Notes under the pieces: model-generated
What the model was told of the DNA's origin: nothing
What the model saw: the letters and a program-made list of their open reading frames with translations, nothing else
Databases searched by the model: none
Shown here: positions 50,561-63,926 of the stretch, in pieces
Numbering within the stretch: the first letter of the stretch is position 1
Layout of the letters: every line of letters begins with the position of its first letter
Assembly: GCA_964270895.1 (NCBI GenBank)
Contig: OZ185450.1
DNA from: Podarcis filfolensis
Lineage: Eukaryota
Length of the DNA stretch: 64,000 nt
Reading direction: 5' to 3' (one strand)
Made by a program: the position numbers and the translations under genes

Positions 50561-53500
50561 CCATATACATCAGGCAAGTCCAGGCTTGCTTGTCAAGTCT
50601 AACCTGTTTGGTGCTATACTCAGGTCCATCCTGTTCTACTGCAGTGCAGCAGCCACTTGTGAAATAACTGTAAACTATTTTAGCAGTCCTGAACTCCAGT
50701 ACAGCTTTGAAACAGATTCAAACTAAATCATCAACTAATCTCAGAAAATGAATGTGTTTCAGGGCCTTCCCATCAGATCCTGTACAAACCTCCTAATAGT
50801 ATTAACAACTGCAGGAAGGAGGATTTTAGAAGAGACTGCTTCTCCCACCAATCCAATACTATTAAGGAAAAGAAGTCATATCTATCAGTTATCCCTTTTC
50901 TACAGTCCACTGCAAGCACAGAAGCCTCACATCAAATTCCAAGCCTCCTCTTGGAGACACAAGAATCCATAATCTGCACAATACACATTAGATGCATTTT
51001 TTAAAAAAAACCACTGGTGAAAATTGCACACATACATCCATTGTTAAGATGTCAGATTAAAAACATACTCCAAAATATAATGCCCCAAAGCATCTTTTAC
51101 ATCCAACCATGTCATCCTATCCAATATTTATCTACAACTCTTCCCACCCATTGTCAGCATTATTCTATCACTTGCTCTTGACAATCTGCAAAATATGCCA
51201 TCTGGCAGCTACAGGGTTTAAAGAATGCTACATTAAATTTGTACATTCTGTTTTAAAAGATTATGTGAAGCAATTCAAGATATTTAAGAACTTTAAATCA
51301 ACCTAAAGTGATTACTATGGACAGAGCTCATGGGGCCCAGCTTAGGTGTCGCATTAACCTGGCAGTCAAAACTACTTAAAATGAGTGATGTTTCTTCCAC
51401 ATTTCGTTCTCTTCAAGAGCCAAGAAGAAAAAGAGGGGGGAGGTGAATGGTGAACGGAATGGGCCTGAATGAGCCAATTCAGCAGCCAGGGAGCCAATCA
51501 AAACTTTAGCTACCACTTAGTTCAGGACAGTAATTTTTAAAAAATCATTTATGTGGACAGTTTCCAGAGGGATAGCCGTGTTAGGCTGTTGCAGCAAAAA
51601 CAAAGCTTTTGAAGTTATTCTGCCAGAAGCTTCAGGGACCTGAGGTGCCACAAGACTCTCTTGCTTTATCTGAACAGGTGAGGAAACTACTAGTGCAAGC
51701 TTAGGTTGAAATATTTCCAATAGTGGCAGTGGAGGAACCCATGTGGTGACATATGGGGAAAGAAGGGGGGGGGGAGAGAAGACATTGTTTTATTCCTATA
51801 TTTTTGCAGCAGCCAGTCAACCTAGCCTAAGGTGGGAAAACGGGATCTGCAAGCGAGTTGTGGAATACCTTGGCAAATACAAAATGCAAAGGAGGGAACA
51901 GGCACCAGTGACAGAATGCTTCCTTGAAAAGTAAGAGGCCACTGTGAAGCTTCCTGCTTCACTTCCTTAGAGTCCCCAGTGCCTTCAGAGTTCCAGCACG
52001 TCTGTTATGCACAGAACCATCTGCAGAGCCCGCCCGCCCCGCTTTTCAGGCTTCATGTTCTTCTCATCAGCTGGCACGCTCTTATGTTTGTTTGTTTATA
52101 TTCCTGATTCCTGGAGTACATTGCCTCCAGACCTTACGATCACCTTTCCTTTCTTATCTGTTTCCTACCTTAATTCATCACAGGTGACGCCCTTTCCCCT
52201 TATTTCTGCTTCAATCAGTATCTTGCTCCAATCACTGTTTACCTTCGCTTGTGTTTTGTCTGTTTACTACCTGGCTCTCTGCTCATTGCTCCTCCTCCGT
52301 TTCAAGCTCACTCACATTTTCATGCTCCCTTCCTGTACTCCTATCCAGTCCATCCGGTCTATCTTCTTTGCTTTAAATTCATGCAGGCCACTCTCTTTCA
52401 CCCTCCTTCTCTCACTGGCTTCACACACGCTCTGCTCCTGCTCCTACTGTTCCCATTTCCTTTCCTGCATATTAGGTCAGCAGCTCCTGTTTCCCTTTCT
52501 CAGTGGCTGGGACCCTGTACCTGAGGTGTCTCAAAGTCCTGCCTTTATCCTCCATCAGGCTGGATGGCATTGCTCTCTCCCTACAATGTCACTACCAGTC
52601 TGACTGGTTCACCTTCCCGTTGAACTGCCAACACCTTTGTGCACTGTAGAGGAAACCTCCCTTGCTCCTCCCTCACAACTAAATCAATTTCCAGCTGAAG
52701 ATCTCAAGCAGCAGAGCTGGGATAGGTAGAGCCTTTGTATGAGACAAAATGCAGTTTGCCTGGCTCACTGCAGGGCACTTTCTAACTAGCATCCCCAATT
52801 AAGGCAGATTGGGAAGATCTCTGCCTGAGGCCCTATAAAGATGGGCTTGATATATGCTGCCAATTAGGACAGGCAGCACTAGGTTAGATGGCCCACCAGC
52901 AAGACACTGCTTGATGACAGTCCTGTTACCCTTAACCTTCGCACCTTACTGCTGTCTGCTTTATGGCAATATGCCAGCCAGGCTCGAAAAGCAAACCTCC
53001 CTAAAGTCTCCTGGTTCCTCTCCCATCCCAAATGTTCAAGATCTGTTACAAGCCACTAATTGCTTATTGCAGCTGAAGGTGGAGAGGTTTTTTGGTGGAA
53101 GCTATAGAGTTAAAATCAATGCTGCCTTCTTTCCCAGCAGGTGGTCATATTAGCAGTGAGCTGAATTTTCACTACTAAACTACAATCAAAACTCCCCCAC
53201 CCATCAATTTAATTCTAGGCTCCCCCACTGACTAATATGTACTAAGGATCCATACACCATTTTCCTGGGCTCTGCACAGCATGCTTTAAAACTAGGGTGG
53301 CACAAATAAAAATTAATCTGCCTACAGAATTGAAGTTGCTGCTAAAGTGACCTAGATTTTCTGGCTCCATTAAGAGGGTTTCCTACAACAGGGAGCTCTA
53401 AGCTGGTCTCCTGGTGTCCTCCCCACCCCACTTAAGCAAGCAGGCCGACTCCACAAGCAGTTCTAACCTAACTGTTCCCCAAGCAAGCTGGCAGCCTGAC

Positions 53501-54517
53501 AAGCTGACATTCAACCAAACATTAACAGCTCTGATGTTTGTGGATAAGCTTTCTACTTAACTTTGTAACCCCCAAGAATCCTAATTAGACAGTTCTCCAA
53601 AATGTGATAATTATACAGAATGACACTGGTGCAGTATATCAATATTAAACGGCACTACAAATTTATTTTGAAGACTTTCCTTTCTCCCCGCCACACCACA
53701 CCCCAGGTCTTTTCTCTTTTAATTAAGATCAGGGGGAAAAACATGGGCATAAACACTGAACATTTCAAAGATGTGCTGACATATCAAAAAAAGGAAGAGT
53801 GCCTGCATTTCGCTCAGAAACAGCTTGTACTGTATTACTTTACTTCCACCTCAGAAACTAAAAGAATACACCATTCTAAATGGGGGGGGGGGGGGAGAGA
53901 GAGAGAGCTATGAACTTGAAAAAAACAGGTTTTGAAGATAGAAAGCCCACTTGCCATAACCAAAATTATGTGATGAAGGTAAAAGATGCGTGCATTTGCT
54001 TATTTTGCAAATGATTTTGGATGCACTAGAATTTTTATGGATTTATTTTCTTCCTTTAGTTGAGAATTATGTTTCATAGTATGGGGAAGAACAGCTGGGA
54101 TTCAAACTAGGAGAACAGAAAGCCAACTAGAGAGATTAAAACATACCAAGTAACAATAGTAATAAAACTTCCAGAAACCCCAACCATATCCCTGGGGCCC
54201 TGTCTTCTGCAGGTTATGCCTACACTCACTCACAATGCTAAGGACTCACAACAGTGCTTGCCTTCCGCCAGGAGTAACTCAAGAGTAGGGAATGTTGCTG
54301 TTGCCTAAAGAGATCTACACTACCACCTTTCCTGCTCCAGTTTTTCTGCATTGGACATGAGGAAACCAAAAGTTCATAGATAGACTAGCCCTCATCAGAA
54401 ACTGCCCCCAAATATCCATGGTAGTTGCTGTATTCCATAGGGCAACTATAGCTATATAGTTTTTCTGTTGAAGATTTGCAGTCCATCTCTGCCCACACCC
54501 ACAGTAGCAATGACATA

Positions 54518-54756
54518 CAGTGGACACTCGGGTTGCTAACGTGATCCGTGCGGGAGGCACATTCACAACCCACAATGTTCGCAACCGGCACGTCTGTGCA
54601 CGTGTGGGTCGCGATTCGGCACTTCTGTGCATGCGCAAAGTGCAATTTAGCGCTTCTCCGCATGCGCAAGCACCAAAACCCGGAAATAACTGTTTCAGTA
54701 CGTCCAGGTTTGACGTGGTGTGCAACCCGAAGCGTCTGTAACCCAAGGTATGACTG
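54518..54756. mobile_element. Tc1/mariner MITE, subfamily B, copy B2, inverted relative to B1
   Basis: TA-CAGTGGACACTC...CCAAGGTATGACTG-TA; internal sequence is the reverse complement of 29093-29337. Confidence 0.85.
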
Positions 54757-57700
54757 TACTTAACAGATACAACCTCCAACACACTCCAATCAAGGTGTTT
54801 CCTAGTTTATGACAAGCTGGTTTTTCCTGAAAACATAGGACAAGCTATCCAAACAGCAAACATTCAGAGTGATACAATTTCAGATTCAGATGACCCTCAC
54901 TACATTTGCACCACACTCAATGGAGTGCAGTCATCTTGAGTAAGGGGTCTCCAAGGTCAACAGCATTATGGAACTATCCTGCACAGCTTCTGTATTAAAT
55001 GGGAAGAACTGAACATGGGAGCAGAGTTCTAAACAGGGGATTTTTACACCCTACCTGGAGAATTCAGGGACTAAACCTGGTGGCTTTCTTCAAGAAAAGG
55101 ATGTGATCTTCCACCGAGCAATGATTCATCCCTCAATATGAACAGCAGAGCTGCCTACAGATCTTAGTGAAAGAGAAAAGCATAGGTTCTCTTAAATAGG
55201 AGGCAGAATTGGCCAACTAGTCTCTTTCAACACAGTTCAATGGGAAAAGCCATTTATCTCACTCATTAACACAGTGCTTTCCAACCAACTAGATTCATCA
55301 AGCTTGTTGTCAATTTTTCAGCAGTGCACTTTGCAAATAAATGCTTGCTGGAAGCAATGCCGCCAGACAAGTGTTTAATGCAGCTCACATGACATGACAG
55401 TGGCCCCAGCCTGTCTGCAATGTCTACCAAGAAACAGCACCTGACATCACTTTGCACTTCAGGAAAACTACAAAAATATTTGTGGTTCCTCTGAAAATCT
55501 GGACCAGGTGAGCTCACTTAATCTGTTCATAATGCTTAAGCAAATACAGTCACAGAGCCAAAGACATTGTAGCTATACAACTGCAAGGGAAACATTGACA
55601 AGACACTTGGATGATAGGGAGCAGTGCTAAGAATAAAACTAGGCTGACAGTCTGCATGCCTCCAGCAGACATTAGGAGAAGGTCAAATGAATAGAAGACA
55701 TTTAAGAAAGAAGAAACTACAATTCCTTGCAAAACACAGACACAAATGAAGAGTTGTTTATTAGCAATTTCTGCCTCAGTCCTACCTAATGGGTAGTTCC
55801 AGTTATGTCTCCTAATTAATGTATAAGATTTAGATCCAAGAAATTCAAATTGAAAATACTTGGGGCTCAGCCATATTAGGCAGCTTTGGGAAATCAAGAC
55901 CTCTCAGATTTCATCTATAAACTAAAATTAAATAACCTACATCCAGTAGTGTAGCTAGGGGCAGGGGTAGGAGTAGGGGCAGGGGTGGGCTGCAGCGGGC
56001 GGGGAGCTGTAGGGCATCACAGGGGACTGTAGGATGGCACGGGCCGCTGAGTGTGGCCAGTTGGCAGCTACGGAATTTGGGGCATAACAGCTTGACACAA
56101 AAACAGAATTCCTTTGCCAGCAATGGCTTCTCCATTCATTCCAGTGGAGCAAGACCCACATCCTCAATTCCTTTGCACCATCAGATCTGATTTCTCCACT
56201 GGAATAGTAAGGACAGTCCCTGTGAGCATGCACTGATCCCTAAATTACCCTTACACGTCCTTAGAATCAATAAGATATTTAAGATGAAGTCCAGCAATTG
56301 CTGTGAAATAGTTAAAGCATTACATTATGACATTGTGGTGAAGGAGGTGGGGAGGAAAGAGAAGAGGAGAGAGTTAGTTTAGGAATACATGATGCTCAAG
56401 GCCAAAACAGATCCATTTCACCACGCCTCACAATATAGATGCAAGAAGCTGAGAAATGCTACAGCCAAAGCCATGACCTAAGAACTCATCCACAGGCTTA
56501 CAAATATTGCTCTGTATATTTGCACCTCACTTTGTTGGGAGCGGGGAAGTTGATGTTGTAATATCTACAAACAATAAGAAATATGACCAACTTGTTACTA
56601 AACAGAAGCATCCAAGCCGATAACATCACCTATACAGAATGTGACACAACGCGGCTTATGCAGTAAAGAAAGGAGAACCTTGTCAGTGGTTGGAGTGGGT
56701 TGGAGGCTGACTGATATATTATAGCAACTAAAGGCGTCCAGCACAACATCCATCCCTGCAAAAATCACAATATGTTCCTTGAATAAGTTTTAAAAATATA
56801 TAATTCTAAGAGTTTTAGCTAGTAATTTATTCACCTTAGAGACATATACAAAATTCACAGGAGGCTGCTTGAGGACAATTTGCTTTCCACACAAATTTTT
56901 AGCAAAAAAAAGCCCTGCAACATTTAACAGCGACTAACTTCAGAGATTAATAGCGCAAATATTTTAAAGCGCTCTCACACAGCAAGAGGGGCTGCATTGC
57001 AAGCTCATTTACAAGACAGAAATGCAACAACAAGCACTTTCTCATGCTTAATCCGATAACTCTGATGTATCTTTTGAGGCTGTCGACTCTAGCTCATATT
57101 TCTATTTTTGAACAGGGAGAAGCAGCCACTTCCAAGTTTTATTGGCTGTGAATTTCTTCCAGGCTTCTCCATATATGGGATAATGTTAGAGGCCACCAAC
57201 TGAAGGAGGTCACAGCTTTATTATTACTGTTATTATTATTTAATCCCACGTAAGCATCTCATCTCTTTTGATAAGTACTGTATATTGAAGTAAGCTGTTC
57301 CCAGTGCAGAGTCAGCCATTACAGCTTGTGGGGTTTTGGTCATTGGTGGCTTAAAGCAGACTCGGTTTAAGTGCCCTGCTTCTTCCACATTCTTGAGTGA
57401 AATTCCTTCAACCTCTGCCTGCCTACAAGCCTTGAGCATTAAAGTTCTGATGCAATGCATCACCAGCACTGTATTTAAGCACTACTCTGGTTGCCATAGG
57501 TGAATGGAAATTGCATGCAGGAGAGGGAGAGGACTGTTAGAGGAGATATGGACTGCCCCTGCTCTGTACACAGGATAGAAGCCAAGTAGGCTATATAGGA
57601 GCTCCCTCCTTCACATCCAGCATAGCATAGCAAAAGAGCTCTCTGTCCCTCCACTTCCAGGCCCCAGTAGGCTAGGGATGTTTTTTCAGCAGGCTAGTAA

Positions 57701-58255
57701 CTTTTGGGGTTTATTTACAAAGCTGCCAATCACCCTCCCAAAGAAATACATGGTTGCATATCCAAGCAAAGTCAGACAACTGAGAGAGAAACATGCAGAA
57801 CAAAGCCACGAACCAGAGCGAATTGTAGACAGACAGAAAGCCCAGGGAGCCCTGTGTATGATTTTTCAATAAAAGGCAAAAGACGGCAAGCAAAGGCAGC
57901 AGATTCCAACACCCATGATGGCAAAGAATATAATTAACACAAGGCTCCGTTCCACAAATTTTTCCAACACTGTTAAATATAGCTTTACAGAGGCCCGTAG
58001 CCAAGATGGTATTAAACATCACTTGGAAGCAACACCCCTCCCAGCTGTTTATCTCTCACATGCCACAGGTAGACTGTACCTTAGATTTGAATTCAGGAAG
58101 TGTGCAGTTAAGCAGCAGTGAAGGAAAATTACTGATTGACCAAAGCAAATTAAGGACGCTTCTCTTTCAATTCTAGCCCCAGAACACAACTATTATTGCA
58201 TGTTAATCAGATTCCATCACTTTTAAGGAACAGGCATGGTTAGTAGGTCTTAAAC

Positions 58256-58476
58256 CAGTGGTGTACAAACTTTTTTCGAAGAGGGCCAGATTTGATGAAG
58301 TGAAGGGCCATGAGGGCCGACCAAAGGGCCAACGAAAGTTGTTGAGCATTTTTTATGATTGAGGTTGTTGAGCTTTTTTTAGGGTTGAAGTTGTTGAGGA
58401 TTTTTTAGGATTTTACCCCAGGAAATAAACTGCCACAGAGGCAGGATTAAACCAAAATGGAGTTTGGACATGCCTG
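58256..58476. mobile_element. Non-autonomous hAT (Charlie-like) element with perfect TSD
   Basis: Imperfect TIRs CAGTGGTGTACAAACT / AGTTTGGACATGCCTG; identical 8-bp TSD tcttaaac at 58248-58255 and 58477-58484. Confidence 0.8.
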
Positions 58477-59251
58477 TCTTAAACCATGGGTGGGTAACCT
58501 GTAGCCTTCTAGATGTTTCAGGACTACAGCTTCCATCATCCGTGACCAATCGGCATGCTGTTTGAGAATGATGGAAGCTAGAGTCCAAAACCAAAACTCC
58601 TCAACCCATCTTAAGCATTAGTCACTGGAACTTATCATTATTTCATCCAAACATACTAAGGTGCCAAAAAGTATGGTGTTTAATGAAGCCTCCTAATCAT
58701 ACCATCTTTAAAGACAATTACTCCTGAATGTTCACATTTCTACTCGTTCCCTATGACTGCAAGTGCTTAATTATTGGCAGCCAGCACATGCTTTGAGAAT
58801 GAGGTTTTTTAAAGCCCATATCCCAAAGAAATCAAATTCTTCACCGCTAAGTACACTCTTGAAAACCAGATCAGTATAGTATTTTAGGAACATACACACA
58901 GATCTAAAATAAGGAACAACCCTTGTCACATTATGCTAACATATACAGTTTTGCCTTGGAGGAAAGTGTATGATGCTTCACCCAACCACTACTAAGGAGA
59001 ACAAAGGGTATCCTTGACTTAAGTACAAATTAGTCATCACGTCTGTCTGTGATTAAAACATTGATATACTGTGGGGAAATTAGCTGTGTGGACCAGGCTT
59101 CCCTAAGCTGGTGCCCTATGCATGTTGTTGGACTACAAACTCCATCATTCCTGGCCATTGACCAGTTGAGGAAAGCTGGTTTAGATTAAAAACTGACAAT
59201 ATGCAATGTCATCACACACAAACCTGGTCACATTTTATCTCTGCAGGTGTA

Positions 59252-59536
59252 CCAGTGGTTTCCAAACTTTCAATACCCCAGGGCACACTTTTTCAGAATT
59301 CACTCACAAGCTTTAAAAAAAACAAGTATTTTCAAGCATAAATAACACCCACCCACAGCTTTGAAGGTGTGTGCCTCATGGCTTTCTGCAAAATGCCCCA
59401 CCTCTAGAAAGGGTAGGAATCGAAGACCAGGGGAACCAAGTAATGCAGAAATAAGAAAGTGGGCTTTTTTGTGGACAGAAGCTTTAGACACACAAAAATT
59501 TGCAGATCTCTCATGGCACATCATTTGGAAAGTATG
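59252..59536. mobile_element. Degenerate hAT-like MITE
   Basis: Ends ccagtggtttccaaact ... tttggaaagtatgg; no clear TSD. Confidence 0.4.
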
Positions 59537-62342
59537 GCAGTCAAGCCAGTTTGGGAGGATTAGTGAAAAGACAAGGAGGCATTGTCAGGGGACGGGGGGG
59601 GGGGGGTGACACATCTGCCACGCAGGTAGAGACCCATTCCCTTCCCCAAGGAAAGCTAAGTGTGTGAGTCACTGCAGCAGATTTCAACACAAAAACAAGC
59701 TGAATCAGATGTGAAATACCCTACAATTGAGACGCCACTTAATTACCACAATGTGACCTGGAGTAGGCGGAGCAATCTCCCTTTTATTCTTGCTAATGAC
59801 ATATGAAAAGTAAGCTCAGACTGCTAGCAGAGGAGGAGCCAGCGACTTGCGCCAGATGCAGTTTGCTTAGCAGAAAACTCATGCTCTGTTTTAAAGGCAC
59901 TGTCACAAGTCACAGCAGTTTCTCAAGACGCATGCAATTGCAACATGCAGACAACATGACAAACTATCTAAGAGGAATCAAAAGCCCAAGAGTGCCACTC
60001 CTTAAAGTGTAGTATAAACACAGCTCTCATAAATAAGGAGGGTTGTTGTTGTTGTTTGCGGGGGGCACTAATGCTTCAAATTAATTACAGAGCTTGTCTG
60101 TATGACTAATGTTTCCAATGCCTCCTCCAGGTGAGGCCAGATAACAAACCTGGAAGAAAGCCACACTTACAGTTCACATGTACTGTTGTAAATCTGTCAG
60201 AATCTAACCAAGCAAGAAGGACCAGGGCTGCAGCCAAACTCTTTATTAATATGGGGGCATAAACGGATAGAGCACTTCAGTTACCGAAACAGCCTTCCAT
60301 GTCACCATACAAACAAACAACAACACACCAACAGAGTACAGTAAAGTGGCAGTATTGTGGTACGATGAAGGTGTCTGGCTTGGGGAAAAGAATTCAGCGT
60401 TAGAGAGAGTAGGCACGTGACAGAGAGATGGATAGGTTTGGTGATCAGGAATTGCCTTCTGCTCACTTCAGAATGGGATCTACTGCTAAATCACTGAATG
60501 ATTTGTGGTAGATTGAGCAAGGGTTTCTGACTTGAAACAAAAGTACTGCCCCCGCCCTTCTAAATTAAGCTGTTAGAATCTATGATCTGTATGTATTCAG
60601 ATATATATTTTGTGCTTGTATATAGGAAAACGTGAGGACTTTGTGAATTCCAAAGTTACTGAGTCCACATTTCTCAGGCTAAGGTACAGATCAGAACTTA
60701 GCAATCCATTTCTCTAAATGATGCAACTGAGTTCCTAGCAATTCAAATGCATGTAAATAACTACTTATATATTTTGAAAGATTTATATTAAACCAGAAAT
60801 AGAACAAAATTACAGGGACATGCATGGAAATGAAATAGATGTCCATCTCTGTTTTAATGCACTGACCATCCTAGTGCTCATAAATGCATCAAGAAATTTG
60901 GTCCTCCTGCCCCAAACTCCCAGCTTGCATGATCCTGGTCACACTTTTGCACCTGGCTCTGGTTAATGGCCCTCAGGTTCCAGAAAAATGAAGTATAAAA
61001 TGTAAACAAAGTATAAAGCCTAAAGTCTGCCCACACCTGAGCTTAATTAGCTTCACTAGGCTTAAGAGGGAATTAGCTTGTGTATGAACTTCACAGTATT
61101 TTGGAAACGAAAATACTGGTGAAGGTGTCACGCAACGACTTAAGAGTAAGCTTGGCTATTCCACCACCCCCACCCCACTGAGTAGATTTATGAACTGGGG
61201 GAGGGGGGGTGTTCAGACTGCCTAAATGGCAAGGAACTCTGATGAGTTATGACAGGAGCAGAAGATGCACAGTAAGTTTTCAGCTTCTGATATTTTGCCC
61301 CTTCTGGTGTCCTATGCTAACTTCAGGTGGCAAGTCTAATAGGGGACCCATTTCTCTCACGACAACTTCCTATAAACCAAGATAATATAAAGCAATGTAC
61401 AGCTCAAAGAACTGGACTGGAAATATGTTTCAAATTCAAGGCCTTTGGAGGAGGGGTTTTTTGCAGCTCCATTAATGACTAAGGCAATCTTCACCAACCT
61501 GGTGCAATTCTCTGGACTACAATTCCCATGAGCCTCTCAGCCAGCAGAGCTGCACAGACTGGGGCTAAAAGAAGATGTAGTCCAGAAAATAGGATTGCCA
61601 TATTTTTAAGAGCAAAAAAGAAGACACATTTGCCAACTTCTACTTTTACGTATGGATTGCTATGACTCTTATTTTACATATCCATTAAAAAGAGGGCACA
61701 CCCTGGAAAAAGAGGACATATGGCAACCCTAAAGAGCACCAGGTTGGCAGAGGCTGGACTATGGTATACTGAACTACTGTATGTCAGTGTAATTTGAGTA
61801 ACATTTTTATTTACTGGTATCAGCAGAATATTGACATTGAAGCATGTATCAGAACCACCAATACACCAGCTTGCAACCTGCTGAATCAATAGGACAGGGC
61901 CTGCAGAAAGCAAAGCTTCTGTACTCTCCCCCATGCTAACAAGCTATTTTTTGTTGTTGTTCCATACACTTCACTGGCCAATATATATTTAAAACTCAAC
62001 ATTTTTCCTTATAGATATTTGAAGAAGCTTCACTCAACTCCACAAAACTTCCTAATATGCTGGGATATTACCGCAGCTTTTGTTTGACTTCTAGTGCCCA
62101 TCGTAAGTTTCTGAACATATGGTAACAATCACAAAATTCAGTAACATCCCAAAACAATGCACATACTAAAGTGCTAAACTACAGTATCAAAAGATTTACT
62201 TCATATCTGTTTATCTCCAATTATCTCAACTGGTGCATTAATTTTTGCTGTCCTTCCCCTTTTTAGAGAAATCTCCATATTTCTAACATGAAACTGCCTT
62301 TAACCTTCTAGCTGATTTTTTTGCCTGATGATTCCTACTATG

Positions 62343-62418
62343 CAATTATATGCATATTTACTCAGAGGTAAGCCCCGCTGATTTCAATGGGACCTGCTCC
62401 CAAGTAAGTGTGTAGCCT
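62343..62418. repeat. Common squamate short interspersed element (ttactcagaagtaag...caatgggac type)
   Basis: tatgcatatttactcagaggtaagccccgctgatttcaatgggacctgctcccaagtaagtgtg; resemblance recalled from memory. Confidence 0.45.
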
Positions 62419-63926
62419 TAAACTCAAAAGCTTGCACTGCCTATCCAAAAGCCAGGAAACGGGGATTAAAACTGAACGGCTCCAACAAAAAATCATGTTA
62501 ACCTACTTGATTTTTTATGTCTACTGCAAGTATCAGACTCTGAAACCAATGTAGGATAAAGCCTGTGTCCACTAAGAGATATTCAAAAGGTGTTTCCTCC
62601 TGCTCCTACATGAGATTATTCAGTGGCTGCCAATATTAGAATGAGTGCCAAATGGTGGTTGTTTTTTCAGAGCTCCCTCTCATCTTTGGGATGTTAGATG
62701 TTCACAAGAAAGGAACAAAGCAGGAACAATTCAGTGTCAAGAAAGCTAATCACTACCTGAACCTTTCAAGTGATAGCACAAATGTAGTTGAGCTATTTAA
62801 AGCAAAATTAAGTGCTTTTGGTAGCTTTGAAGTCTCCATTTTTCAAATAAAGAATTTCAGTAAGTATGTTCTTCCTCTATCCTCTGTGGAATCTTTGACC
62901 ACAAAGAAATGTGACTGGCCAGTTCAACTAATTTTCCTGCTGCTTCCTACTATACCATACACCCCCTGAAATCATAGTCCCTCAAGCTCCCCTGCTTATC
63001 CAACATAAGTCCTGCAAAAATAGCCTACTAATTATTCCACTATGTTCTGTGAACAGGTAGTTAAGCAGAAGCCAGCTTTGCACCTTTTATACAAAAGATT
63101 TGCAAGTTGGTCTTCACAAATGATTGACAGAGGAGATAAACTCTCAGCTTGACCAATCACCCAACTGTATCACTTTGGGGAAAGTGGAAATTGCACTTCA
63201 TTAAGAGGCATAGGTAAGGCATTTGCACCCAGCAGAACATGAGTTACTTATTGTGTTGTAGGAGGAAAAAAATACAAATAAGAAAGTGCAATAGACAGCT
63301 GGGAAGAATCATCAAGGCAATATTCCAGAAGCCTGATTAAACTCCTAAACAAGAGTGAATTGCTGTGTACAGGATAGAAGGCAGAAGTAATACTCTGGGA
63401 CAAACAAAAGGAACAGCCCTTACAGTGACCAACAAACATGTTTAACAGAGAACTAAAAGTTTAAGGGGGGAGCAGAGGGAAGTTCACCCTCAACAACCGC
63501 CATCCACATGCTTACTTACTGCTATCATCAAAAGCATGTACAAAATCCTGGAAGTACCAGGAAACTTGTAAATAAAATATTTAGACCCCATCAAACATTA
63601 TTGCATAGAAAGACAAGCTGGATTTTGCATCTCATGACAGCAGCAAATACAAAAAAATGCACAGCTGATGAGCTAGGACCGGGCCTCAACTAGTTTTACA
63701 GTATAAAGCAGAATATAAGGTTTAAAACAGAATTAAAAAATCATCTGTTGAGCTAAATTGCCAATTTTAAGATATACGGTAATCTGCTTTTTAAAAAGCA
63801 CCCAAGCTTCTGCATTGACTCATGTCAAAGCTTTAAGAAGCTACAGCAGTTTCTACAGTTGTCTCTGCTGTGTCCCAACTACACACACAATAGACCAGGA
63901 ACTTGGTCTCTTAACAAAAAAAAAAA

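Noticed and set aside
52007-52603. Longest ORF in the track (198 aa)
   Set aside because: Stop-codon avoidance follows from pyrimidine richness; no splice or homology support.
7796-54756. Recurrent CAGTGGTACC palindromic repeats as a CRISPR-like or novel array
   Set aside because: Dispersed kilobases apart, with TIRs and TA duplications; these are Tc1/mariner MITEs in a vertebrate genome.
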